From an uncultured archaeon (lineage in GTDB: Archaea; Asgardarchaeota; Lokiarchaeia; Sigyniarchaeales; SOKP01): DNA of 14,352 nucleotides. Shown in pieces: positions 6,962 through 14,352 of the stretch. Below the pieces are notes generated by a model. That model did not search any database. It had not been told where the DNA came from and saw only the letters and a list, made by a program, of their open reading frames with translations. A program made the translations under genes and the position numbers. Each line of letters starts with the position of its first letter. Positions within the stretch are counted from its first letter, which is position 1. Location: positions 1 through 14,352 of the forward strand of contig CAZOYD010000041.1 in NCBI GenBank assembly GCA_964583985.1. The letters are read 5' to 3'.

Positions 6962-8497
6962 ATGTTAACGGCAACAATTGAACAAAATGGACTGAAAAAA
7001 ATCGAACACGTGTTTGTCATTGACGCTCATTCTCATCTTGGAGAAGACGTTGATGGTGCTAAAATGATGAATCCACTAGCACCCGGTACGGGAACTTTTG
7101 ATTTTTGGGGTAATGTTCAAGGAAGAATCCAAGCAGATTGGGAACATACGGGGGAACAGTCCTTTATGACCAGTATTGCAGGCATTCCAACCAGAATAAC
7201 CTGGTCTTTTAATCAATTTCCCTTCACGGATAAATTATACGTAGCCTTGGAGGAATTGGGTAAGAGATATTCTGATTTAAAGCAAAAATCAAAATTTTAT
7301 TCTTTTATCGATCAAGGAGTGGTATTTCCCTTCCAAGATATTTTTCGAGACAAGCATCCTGAAGCATTATATCGGGCGAGCAACATAAATATCTCCCGTT
7401 TTACGACACGCTTCCCTTTTTCGATGAAATTAATTGGATATGCACGTGTTGATCCCATGGAGGGAGATAAAGCAGTTAAAGAAGTAAAATATGCTCGCGA
7501 AGTATTGGGTCTTAGAGGATTGAAACTACATCCTCGATCTGAAGGATGGATTGATAATGTAAATGAAAATAGAGTAATTAATGTTTTAGTGGAAGCAGCA
7601 AAGCATTCTATGCCAGTCATTTTTGATACGAGAGGAAGAGGGACTATTTTGAGCATTGCTGAACTGATACGATCGACGCGAGCTTTTTTGATCCAGAATC
7701 ATCCCAATTTAGTTCCTTACTTCAAGGTCATCATCGCTCATTTTGCTCAGGGCAATATTGGAGATACAGAAGTATATAATGCCGTCGTTCAACCTAATGT
7801 ATACGGAGATCTATCAATGCTCCATGGTGAAGGCGCTGGAAACTTTTTTGAAGATTTTCGCCGCTGGTTTAAAGGAAATAATAAAATTACTGTAGATAAT
7901 AGAGATTGGTCCGAATATTTACTTTACGCTTCTGATTATCCTTATTTTGGAGATGTTCATGCTGAAAAACTTATGATTTACATAATCAATAAACGCTTTT
8001 TTGATTCAGGAGGAACAATAGTTGATACTAGAAACATTTTGGGATTAAATCTATTAAAAATACTGCCTGAATATAGTCTTTATCCTGAGCAAAAATACAA
8101 TAAAAGCCTTCCGACTACTATAATTTCTCAATCGAAAAATTTGATATCTCCTTATGAAATAGGAATAAAAGTGCTAGCAAAACTAATCATCACGAACAAA
8201 ATGGACATTAGGAAGTTTTGTATTCAATTTAATTCTGACTGGGATTATTTTAACAATGTTTTAATTGATACGGTAAAATCTAACACGAAGGAAGAAATTC
8301 TCTTAACTTTTATGGAATTAATAAAAGATCAAATTTCGATTTTAGCTCCTCTTGCTCAAAATTCAAAATGGAATTCATCAAAAATGAAATATTTCAATCC
8401 AAAAGATAGATCTTTTTTTGCTTCTCTCTTTAAACAAGCGTATATAGCAACTGATGAGACGCAAGCTACTAATTGTATGAATCAAATCTTCCATTAA
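6962..8497 (+). CDS. Metal-dependent amidohydrolase (Amidohydro_2-like TIM barrel) with about 140-aa C-terminal extension
   Basis: IDAHSHLG (HxH), YARVDP, GLRGLKLHP, PVIFDT, VIIAHF, VYGDLS and LLYASDYPY (catalytic Asp) occur in the canonical order. Confidence 0.85.
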   Translation: MLTATIEQNGLKKIEHVFVIDAHSHLGEDVDGAKMMNPLAPGTGTFDFWGNVQGRIQADWEHTGEQSFMTSIAGIPTRITWSFNQFPFTDKLYVALEELGKRYSDLKQKSKFYSFIDQGVVFPFQDIFRDKHPEALYRASNINISRFTTRFPFSMKLIGYARVDPMEGDKAVKEVKYAREVLGLRGLKLHPRSEGWIDNVNENRVINVLVEAAKHSMPVIFDTRGRGTILSIAELIRSTRAFLIQNHPNLVPYFKVIIAHFAQGNIGDTEVYNAVVQPNVYGDLSMLHGEGAGNFFEDFRRWFKGNNKITVDNRDWSEYLLYASDYPYFGDVHAEKLMIYIINKRFFDSGGTIVDTRNILGLNLLKILPEYSLYPEQKYNKSLPTTIISQSKNLISPYEIGIKVLAKLIITNKMDIRKFCIQFNSDWDYFNNVLIDTVKSNTKEEILLTFMELIKDQISILAPLAQNSKWNSSKMKYFNPKDRSFFASLFKQAYIATDETQATNCMNQIFH

Positions 8498-8513
8498 CGA
8501 GGTATATACTATA

Positions 8514-8575
8514 ATTCTTCTTTTTCTATTTAAAACTTAAATTGTTTTAAAAAAACTAAAAAAGGCTAAAAAAAA
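8514..8575. terminator. Oligo-T tracts on both strands between convergent genes (archaeal-type termination signals)
   Basis: TTCTTCTTTTTCT follows the amidohydrolase stop on the + strand. Three A6-A8 runs (T runs on the - strand) lie directly after the Rab-like gene stop. Confidence 0.45.
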
Positions 8576-8576
8576 C

Positions 8577-9131
8577 TTATCTTAATCCTGCTTTTGGGGA
8601 TTCTATATTATTTAAAGAAATTTTAGCAAGTAATTCTATAATCATTAATTCGAATACATGGTCTATGTTTAATCCTGTTTTAGAAGATGTTTTTATATTA
8701 GCTATTAATTTATTCTTAAGCATCAAATCAATTGCAACATCGTCATTAATAGTTTCAGGTTCTACCAAGTCATATTTCGTACCAACTAATATAATTGGCA
8801 GATTATTATCTTGAGATCTTACTAAATTTATCCATTCTTCAGCGCTATTAATAGATTTGGGTTCAGTTAAATCAAATAATAAAAGAGCTCCAGAAGCACC
8901 TGTTACATATTTACTGTGTAAAAATCTAAATTGTTTTTGTCCACCAAAATCCCAAAGTTGAAACGATACTTCATAAGTCTCATAAATTAATCGCTTCAAA
9001 TAAAAATCAACTCCAATAGTAATTTTTGGAACATTATAAAATAATCCCTCAACGTATCTTCTCAGAAGAGTAGTTTTTCCTACAAATCCATCTCCTACAG
9101 TAATTATTTTGAATAACACCTGTTTTAACAT
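8577..9131 (-). CDS. Rab-like small GTPase (Ras superfamily)
   Basis: FKIITVGDGFVGKTT, effector TIGVDF, LWDFGGQKQFR, GASGALLLFDLT, G4 GTKYD and G5 KTSSK. A Shine-Dalgarno-like AGGAG lies at 9147-9143. There is no C-terminal cysteine prenylation motif. Confidence 0.9.
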   Translation of the reverse strand: MLKQVLFKIITVGDGFVGKTTLLRRYVEGLFYNVPKITIGVDFYLKRLIYETYEVSFQLWDFGGQKQFRFLHSKYVTGASGALLLFDLTEPKSINSAEEWINLVRSQDNNLPIILVGTKYDLVEPETINDDVAIDLMLKNKLIANIKTSSKTGLNIDHVFELMIIELLAKISLNNIESPKAGLR

Positions 9132-9268
9132 AGATATCTTAACTCCTTGATAGACATAACTTACATGTAATATTTTTTAAGTTTCATAATTTTATTAACT
9201 ATTATTATCGTTTTAAGGACTATTTTGCTAATTTCACATTTTAATTCAATAAATTTAACAACGAACAA

Positions 9269-10300
9269 TTATATGGTGCTCAATTTTATAGATTTTTCAA
9301 AAAATTCTTTACTTAATGTATCATCTCCAATTTCTAAACAAATATCTGCAATTCTTTCAAATTTTTGAGCTGCTGAATGAAAATCACCATTTTCTAACGC
9401 AATTTGAGCTTCCTTCACTAAACCATCCCTTTCAATAATTGGTTTCAGTAATGGAGAAACTTCAGGGCTCATATCTAAAATATCAGCAATAATTTTAATC
9501 ATCTTTTCGCGATTATTAGGCTCAATCGCAATCATTGAATATGTTTTAACTCCCATTATTCTTTCTATTTCATCAACAGGTACAGAATCGGGTAAATCTT
9601 GTTTATTGCCTATTATCGCTGAATATGCATGAGGAGCTTCCTCACTAATTAATTCTAGGAAGAACTTGCTTTTTTCTAAATTCTCTAAAGTCGAATTGGA
9701 AATCAATAAAACCGCATCACTTCCTTGAATAAATTTGTTCCAAAGAAAACTAAACTGTTCTTGACCTGCAAAATCCCATAATAGGAAAATTAATTTGCCA
9801 ATTTTAACTGTTGCTACTTCACCCGTTATAGTTGGAACGTGCTGTAATGGAATTTCTCTTGCTAATATAAGTTGTGTAATTGTTGTTTTTCCAACTCCTG
9901 AAAATCCTACAAGCGATATTTTTGGTTTTAAATTCCTATGAATTCCATCCATTAATGGATCTAGCAATGTTAGAATCGTATTGTCCAATCCGGAACCAAT
10001 TGATTCTTGAAACAAGTTTAAAAATTCTTTCGCTAATTTCAACAGCTCGGTTCTAATACGAGTAAAATCATCACTCAACCCTGTTACTAAAATGAAAAGC
10101 AATTTTTTTTCGTTATTTGCCAAAAAATTTAATTTAAATTTAAAATAATCCCACGATCCTTGTTCTTCCCCAAGTCGAGAAAATACTGTTTCAATGAGAT
10201 TAGGAAGAATGCTATTTAAATCTTCAATACTTAAAGCTTTACCATATGATCGTTCATAAATAATCTTTCCATCATGAATAATATAAATCTGGCGTAACAT
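9269..10300 (-). CDS. Longin-like domain fused to Arf/Ras-like small GTPase with C-terminal helical hairpin (TPR-like)
   Basis: Start re-called to the ATG at 10300, which has GGAGG upstream and sits 1 bp after the upstream TAA. N-terminal MLRQIYIIHDGKIIYERSY...LLFILVT...LAKEF fits longin topology. The G domain has GFSGVGKTT, PTITG, WDFAGQ and GNKQD. The tail EAQIALENGDFHSAAQKFERIADI is TPR-like. Confidence 0.85.
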   Translation of the reverse strand: MLRQIYIIHDGKIIYERSYGKALSIEDLNSILPNLIETVFSRLGEEQGSWDYFKFKLNFLANNEKKLLFILVTGLSDDFTRIRTELLKLAKEFLNLFQESIGSGLDNTILTLLDPLMDGIHRNLKPKISLVGFSGVGKTTITQLILAREIPLQHVPTITGEVATVKIGKLIFLLWDFAGQEQFSFLWNKFIQGSDAVLLISNSTLENLEKSKFFLELISEEAPHAYSAIIGNKQDLPDSVPVDEIERIMGVKTYSMIAIEPNNREKMIKIIADILDMSPEVSPLLKPIIERDGLVKEAQIALENGDFHSAAQKFERIADICLEIGDDTLSKEFFEKSIKLSTI

Positions 10301-10301
10301 T

Positions 10302-11234
10302 TTATTGATTTCCCTCCGTATCAATAATTTGACTTATATTTTTTAAAAATTCTGACATTACCTCGTTAATTTCCTCCTTTTGAAGATTCTCCGAAAAGAT
10401 ATAAAGCGAACCAAAATCAGGATTATAATCATTTAAATATTCCATTTTCATGCTTAAGATCATTGGACCAGCATCAATAAAACGAAAATCTGTATCTGAT
10501 TTTTTCCCTTTACAGATTCGATTGTAGTGTGCAATCAACACATATATTTGGTAAATAATATCATGATTAAAGTCGGATGACATTGATTGAACAAATATTT
10601 GACCTTGTTTATTTGTGATTAAACAGATCATTTTTGAACTTTCACCAATAATTATATCAATATTGGATTTTAGTTTTTGAGATTCTAAAGAATAGCTACT
10701 TAAGATTTCAGAGAGAGCGTTATAAGATCGATATAATAAATTTGGATAAATACTAGTGAAAAAAATGGATATTTCCTTTGGTAGATCCAACCGATTTTTG
10801 ATTCTCCTTTCTATTCTATTAAAATTAGCGCAGATTTTTTGATTTATTAAATCTATTTTATGAAAGAATATAAAAAAAGTTCCATTTGCATTGAAGTCCT
10901 CGTAAATTCGGATTATTTCTCTGATTTCTTCAATAATTACTTCAGAATTTAAAACCCACCCTTTATAATCTATTATGTATATGATAGCATCAGCATTTCC
11001 AAAAATCTTTTCTTGTTCTTGAGAATCTATTAATAAATTTGATAATTCCTGTCCCGAAGTGTCAAATAATCCTATTTCTAAATCCATCCAAATACATGCT
11101 TTAGGATTTATTCCCCGCGTCGGTTCTAGTGGATGTATCATAAGTTCTTGTGGACTTATTCCTTCAAAAATGAGATTAATTATACTGGATTTTCCAACTC
11201 CTGCTTTTCCTAATAAGGAAATTTTATTTGCCAC
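10302..11234 (-). CDS. Rag/Gtr-like GTPase with probable C-terminal roadblock-like domain
   Basis: KISLLGKAGVGKSS, EPTRG, LFDTSGQ, IFGNADAIIYIID, FFHKIDL and FFTSIY parallel RagA/Gtr1 (IFRNVEVLIYVFD, HKMDL, TSIW). The C-terminal helix followed by ICLITNKQGQIFVQS fits a roadblock fold. The start is GTG. Confidence 0.85.
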   Translation of the reverse strand: MANKISLLGKAGVGKSSIINLIFEGISPQELMIHPLEPTRGINPKACIWMDLEIGLFDTSGQELSNLLIDSQEQEKIFGNADAIIYIIDYKGWVLNSEVIIEEIREIIRIYEDFNANGTFFIFFHKIDLINQKICANFNRIERRIKNRLDLPKEISIFFTSIYPNLLYRSYNALSEILSSYSLESQKLKSNIDIIIGESSKMICLITNKQGQIFVQSMSSDFNHDIIYQIYVLIAHYNRICKGKKSDTDFRFIDAGPMILSMKMEYLNDYNPDFGSLYIFSENLQKEEINEVMSEFLKNISQIIDTEGNQ

Positions 11235-11345
11235 GATAAGATAACCTATTTTTCAGATTTTTAAACTTTTCATGTATTAGGTTTACATATCAAAATTGTA
11301 CTAAAAGTTTAAACAAATTATCTAAAAAATATAAGAAAGTGTGAA

Positions 11346-11359
11346 TATAAATATTTATA
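11346..11359. promoter_or_regulatory. Palindromic TATA-like element upstream of the Rag-like gene
   Basis: Perfect 14-bp palindrome TATAAATATTTATA about 110 bp upstream of the 11234 start. The AT-rich background weakens its significance. Confidence 0.25.
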
Positions 11360-11500
11360 CATAACATCATTAAATAATTACGTAAAATTTCTATTTTGGA
11401 TAAAAATCCAACATTAAATTATTGGTTTATGTATCCATTAATATACAAGAATCTGAAGTCAAAGAATTTTGAGATAATGACTCTCAAATCTGAAGAATAT

Positions 11501-12304
11501 TTATATTATGAAATAATGATCGATAACTTCTTCAAAACTGTAATATCTTGAAATGTCGCCATTTAATTTTTCAACATATTTATTGTAGCGTCTTTGAAAT
11601 TCTAAAGTAATTAATTGCATGTATCTCTTATTGATAATCGATTTTTTATCTTCATCTACTAAATAAGCAAAGATCAAATTATTGATTGAATTAATGTAAA
11701 AATGTCTATTACCAAAATCTATTTCCCTTAACTGTGTATCAGGACCCTTGCCAATTAATTCTCTCGCAAAAGTTAATATTGCTGAAATGAAACCACTAAT
11801 TTGAATTTCATATTGAGCGAAACTAGATTTTTCCTTATTGATTTTAGTAAAAAATGTGTGTCCCGAAGATGCGATTATCAATATTGCTAAAACTCCCTCA
11901 GATTTAGGGACTACTACCAGCTTATTCGCACATTCCTTAATTTCCGATGGATCTTTTAATTTACTAATGCAATTAAATAATTCTTGAGATATTTTTTGCA
12001 ATTTTGAGTAAGCTATTATTTTTTCAGGTTTATCTAAATAAACAAACACGAAAAAATTATTTGATTTTTTAAAAAAGTGAATATAAACAGAAAAATCGCA
12101 GACTAAATCAATTAAAACTCCTGTTTTTTTATTGATTATTTTCTCTTTATGCATGTCAACTATTTTTTCTAATAAAGAATATCCGATGCCAATCTCATGA
12201 TGAATTTTCGTCTTGAAACTGGATTTTTCTTTATAGATTTGTATGATTCCCATTCCAGTAAGAATTAATGGTGATACCATATCTAAACAATTTTCACTTG
12301 ACAT
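11501..12304 (-). CDS. Longin-like domain protein (clear C-terminal domain, probable degenerate N-terminal copy)
   Basis: C-half VLAILIIASSGHTFF...QISGFISAILTFARELIG...LREIDFG...LIFAYLVD...LITLEFQRRY matches the longin/roadblock-type 'SGFxSAI' pattern typical of Asgard proteins. The N-half has a similar strand/helix order (YIHFFKKSNNFFVFVYLD followed by a helix). Confidence 0.7.
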   Translation of the reverse strand: MSSENCLDMVSPLILTGMGIIQIYKEKSSFKTKIHHEIGIGYSLLEKIVDMHKEKIINKKTGVLIDLVCDFSVYIHFFKKSNNFFVFVYLDKPEKIIAYSKLQKISQELFNCISKLKDPSEIKECANKLVVVPKSEGVLAILIIASSGHTFFTKINKEKSSFAQYEIQISGFISAILTFARELIGKGPDTQLREIDFGNRHFYINSINNLIFAYLVDEDKKSIINKRYMQLITLEFQRRYNKYVEKLNGDISRYYSFEEVIDHYFII

Positions 12305-12414
12305 GTGATTTATACACTTAAAAATAGGATATAGTGTAAATTTTTATTCTTTTTAATAGATAATTACATAAATAGTATTTAAATTTAAGTAAAACATAAA
12401 AACTAACTTTAGGT

Positions 12415-14352
12415 TCAGATTTTTTTTGGAATTGCAAAATAGAAAGTACTACCTTTACCAATTTCGCTTTCAAACCAGATCTTCCCCCTATGCAGATTAA
12501 TAATCCGACGTGTTAACGTTAATCCCAATCCAACACCAGGTATTTCATTTTTCGAATAATTCCCTACTCTTACAAATTCTTTAAACACGTGTTCAAAATC
12601 TTTTTCCAAAATCCCCATCCCTGTATCTTCTATTTGAAATTCCCAATTGTCCTTATTTTCAAGGAATCTAAGACAAATCATTCCTTTTTTTGTAAATTTT
12701 ATGGCATTTTCAAGCAAATTTATGAGGACCTGCTTTATTCTTAAGGAATCAGCATATATCATGGTATTTTTCATAATTCCTTCAACTTCAAAGCTAAGAT
12801 TTTTATTTAAATACAAGTGTTTAATGATATTATGAATTTCGTTGAATAAATCATATAAATTGAAATAACTGTAATTTAATTCAAATTTTCCAACTTCAAT
12901 TTGAGAAAAATCCAGAATCGCATCAATTAATTTCTTTAAATCATTTCCAGTTACTAATATATCTTCAAGAAATTCCTTTTGGGTGTCATTTAATTTCCCA
13001 TATGATTCCTCAATCAATAAAGACGTAAATCCTAAAATAGCATTTAGAGGAGTTCTGAGTTCATGAGACATTGTAGCCATGAAGTTTGCTTTAAAGTTTA
13101 TCGTTTGGATAAGATTATCTAGTAAGATCTCCAATTGCTTTTTATCTGCTTTCTTATCCGTTAAATCTAAGATATAAGATTGTATAATTTTAACTTGGTT
13201 TAGTTCTAACCCTAAAGAGGTCAACTCTATATCAAAATGATTTTCCTCCCGATTTAAAAATGATACTTCGATCACTGAAGTTGCATCATCATCATAGGAT
13301 ACTTTTATATAATGTTCTTCTATTAGTTTTTGAGCATTAGGATCAAATAGAGTATAAACTTTCGTTTTCATTAAATCATTTTGATTGATTTTCAATATAT
13401 CAATAGCTTTTTGATTTGCTTTTAAAATTTCTCCGGTTCGCTTGAGTATAATAATCCCTAAAGGAGCCCCTTCGATTAATGCTTCTAGACTACTCAAAGT
13501 ACGTTCCAAATTTTCCATTTCTAACTTGGATTTTTTAATTTCAGTGATATCTTGAAGTAAGATATATATCCAAGTCTTATTTTGCATATTAATCAAGGAA
13601 AAATACATTCTTACCCAAATTTCTAACCCATCCTTTATGGGTAAAGAAAATTCGAGTGATACCATATTAAATCCATTTAAAGTGTCATTTATACATTCAG
13701 CGACATGTTCCTGATTTGCTTTTTTAAATAAAGGGACTTTTGAATAATGTAGATTAATAAATTCATTCTTATGATAAGCTCCTAACTTCATTAATTTGGA
13801 GTTATAATCTAAAACGTTTCCGTTTTTATCTAAAATGATAATAGGATAGGGAGAATTTTCAAATAAATCCCTGTATTTTTGTTCAGAGTAACATAAATTA
13901 TTCTCATAATTTCTGCGTTCGGTAATATCTCGAAATATTAAGAGGAAAGCATTATCGCCTTCCCATTCGATTGTAGTAGTATTTTCCTCCACTATTGAAG
14001 GTTCATTGCCTTCTCGCATTATTCTGATTTCCTTTTTTCCAATTTCTAAAAGGTTTTCATCAATATGTCCAATACATTGATTTGTTTTCCATCCCAAATA
14101 CATTTCAGATCGAAGATTTAGAAACAAGATTTTTCCATTTTGGTTCACAATTGTGATACAGTCTAAAAATTTATCAATTACCTCTTTTAATCGATTTTCT
14201 TTATTCTGATATGTTTTTGCTGAAGTTTCAATTATTTTCTTTATATTATGTCTGTCTATAGCATATATTATAGATCTAATTAACGGATGGGCGTCAATTT
14301 GCCCTTTCACTATATAATCTTGAGCTCCAATATGAACTGCTTTACGTGCTAA
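12415..14352 (-). CDS. Cytoplasmic sensor histidine kinase REC-PAS-PAS-PAS-HisKA-HATPase_c; N-terminus truncated by the window edge
   Basis: The frame stays open to 14352 and reads LARKAVHIGAQDYIVKGQ...LIRSIIYAIDR, the end of a receiver domain, so GTG 14310 is not the start. Three PAS domains end RDIT, QDIT and LDLT. H-box SHELRTPL, N-box NLLENAIKFT, G1 DTGMGI, G2 GVGLGL. No TM segment is visible. Confidence 0.92.
   Translation of the reverse strand, partial: LARKAVHIGAQDYIVKGQIDAHPLIRSIIYAIDRHNIKKIIETSAKTYQNKENRLKEVIDKFLDCITIVNQNGKILFLNLRSEMYLGWKTNQCIGHIDENLLEIGKKEIRIMREGNEPSIVEENTTTIEWEGDNAFLLIFRDITERRNYENNLCYSEQKYRDLFENSPYPIIILDKNGNVLDYNSKLMKLGAYHKNEFINLHYSKVPLFKKANQEHVAECINDTLNGFNMVSLEFSLPIKDGLEIWVRMYFSLINMQNKTWIYILLQDITEIKKSKLEMENLERTLSSLEALIEGAPLGIIILKRTGEILKANQKAIDILKINQNDLMKTKVYTLFDPNAQKLIEEHYIKVSYDDDATSVIEVSFLNREENHFDIELTSLGLELNQVKIIQSYILDLTDKKADKKQLEILLDNLIQTINFKANFMATMSHELRTPLNAILGFTSLLIEESYGKLNDTQKEFLEDILVTGNDLKKLIDAILDFSQIEVGKFELNYSYFNLYDLFNEIHNIIKHLYLNKNLSFEVEGIMKNTMIYADSLRIKQVLINLLENAIKFTKKGMICLRFLENKDNWEFQIEDTGMGILEKDFEHVFKEFVRVGNYSKNEIPGVGLGLTLTRRIINLHRGKIWFESEIGKGSTFYFAIPKKI

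Noticed and set aside
7312-7656. 114-aa minus-strand ORF
   Set aside because: Antisense to the amidohydrolase core.
10301-10324. Track start at 10324 for the longin-GTPase
   Set aside because: It overlaps the upstream gene; the ATG at 10300 has a well-placed GGAGG and gives a typical longin N-terminus.
11059-11244. 61-aa plus-strand ORF
   Set aside because: Antisense to the Rag-like G domain.
12313-12338. TACACT...AGTGTA inverted repeat upstream of the longin-like gene
   Set aside because: Short arms in AT-rich DNA with no second copy seen.
12647-12835. 62-aa plus-strand ORF
   Set aside because: Antisense to the kinase HATPase domain.
1-14352. CRISPR array, tRNA/rRNA, transposase/integrase, diversity-generating retroelement, selenoprotein UGA read-through
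   Set aside because: By eye I saw no periodic repeats, structured RNA genes, recombinase or reverse transcriptase motifs. The TGA stops at 6112 and 12415 fall at plausible protein ends.

Overview
AT-rich archaeal chromosomal window that looks like Asgard archaea, most likely Lokiarchaeia. The evidence is four eukaryote-like small GTPases (two Rag/Gtr-like, one longin-fused Arf/Ras-like, one Rab-like), a longin-like domain protein, and a member of the 'EFWGHCSNLQ' protein family I recall as expanded in Lokiarchaeia. The left half (+ strand) carries a 5'-truncated helical protein, a GCS2-type carboxylate-amine (glutamate-cysteine-like) ligase, an amber-interrupted gene (3242-3991), a HEPN-MNT toxin-antitoxin-like pair and a Rag-like GTPase with a C-terminal winged-helix-like domain. 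The middle holds a membrane protein (- strand) and a metal-dependent amidohydrolase (+ strand). The right half is a co-oriented (- strand) signalling cluster: REC-PAS3-histidine kinase > longin-like protein > Rag-like GTPase-roadblock > longin-GTPase-helical hairpin > Rab-like GTPase. This cluster is the best candidate for an undescribed system coupling two-component sensing to a proto-Rag/longin/Rab GTPase cascade. All calls come from reading motifs by eye; no database searches were run.
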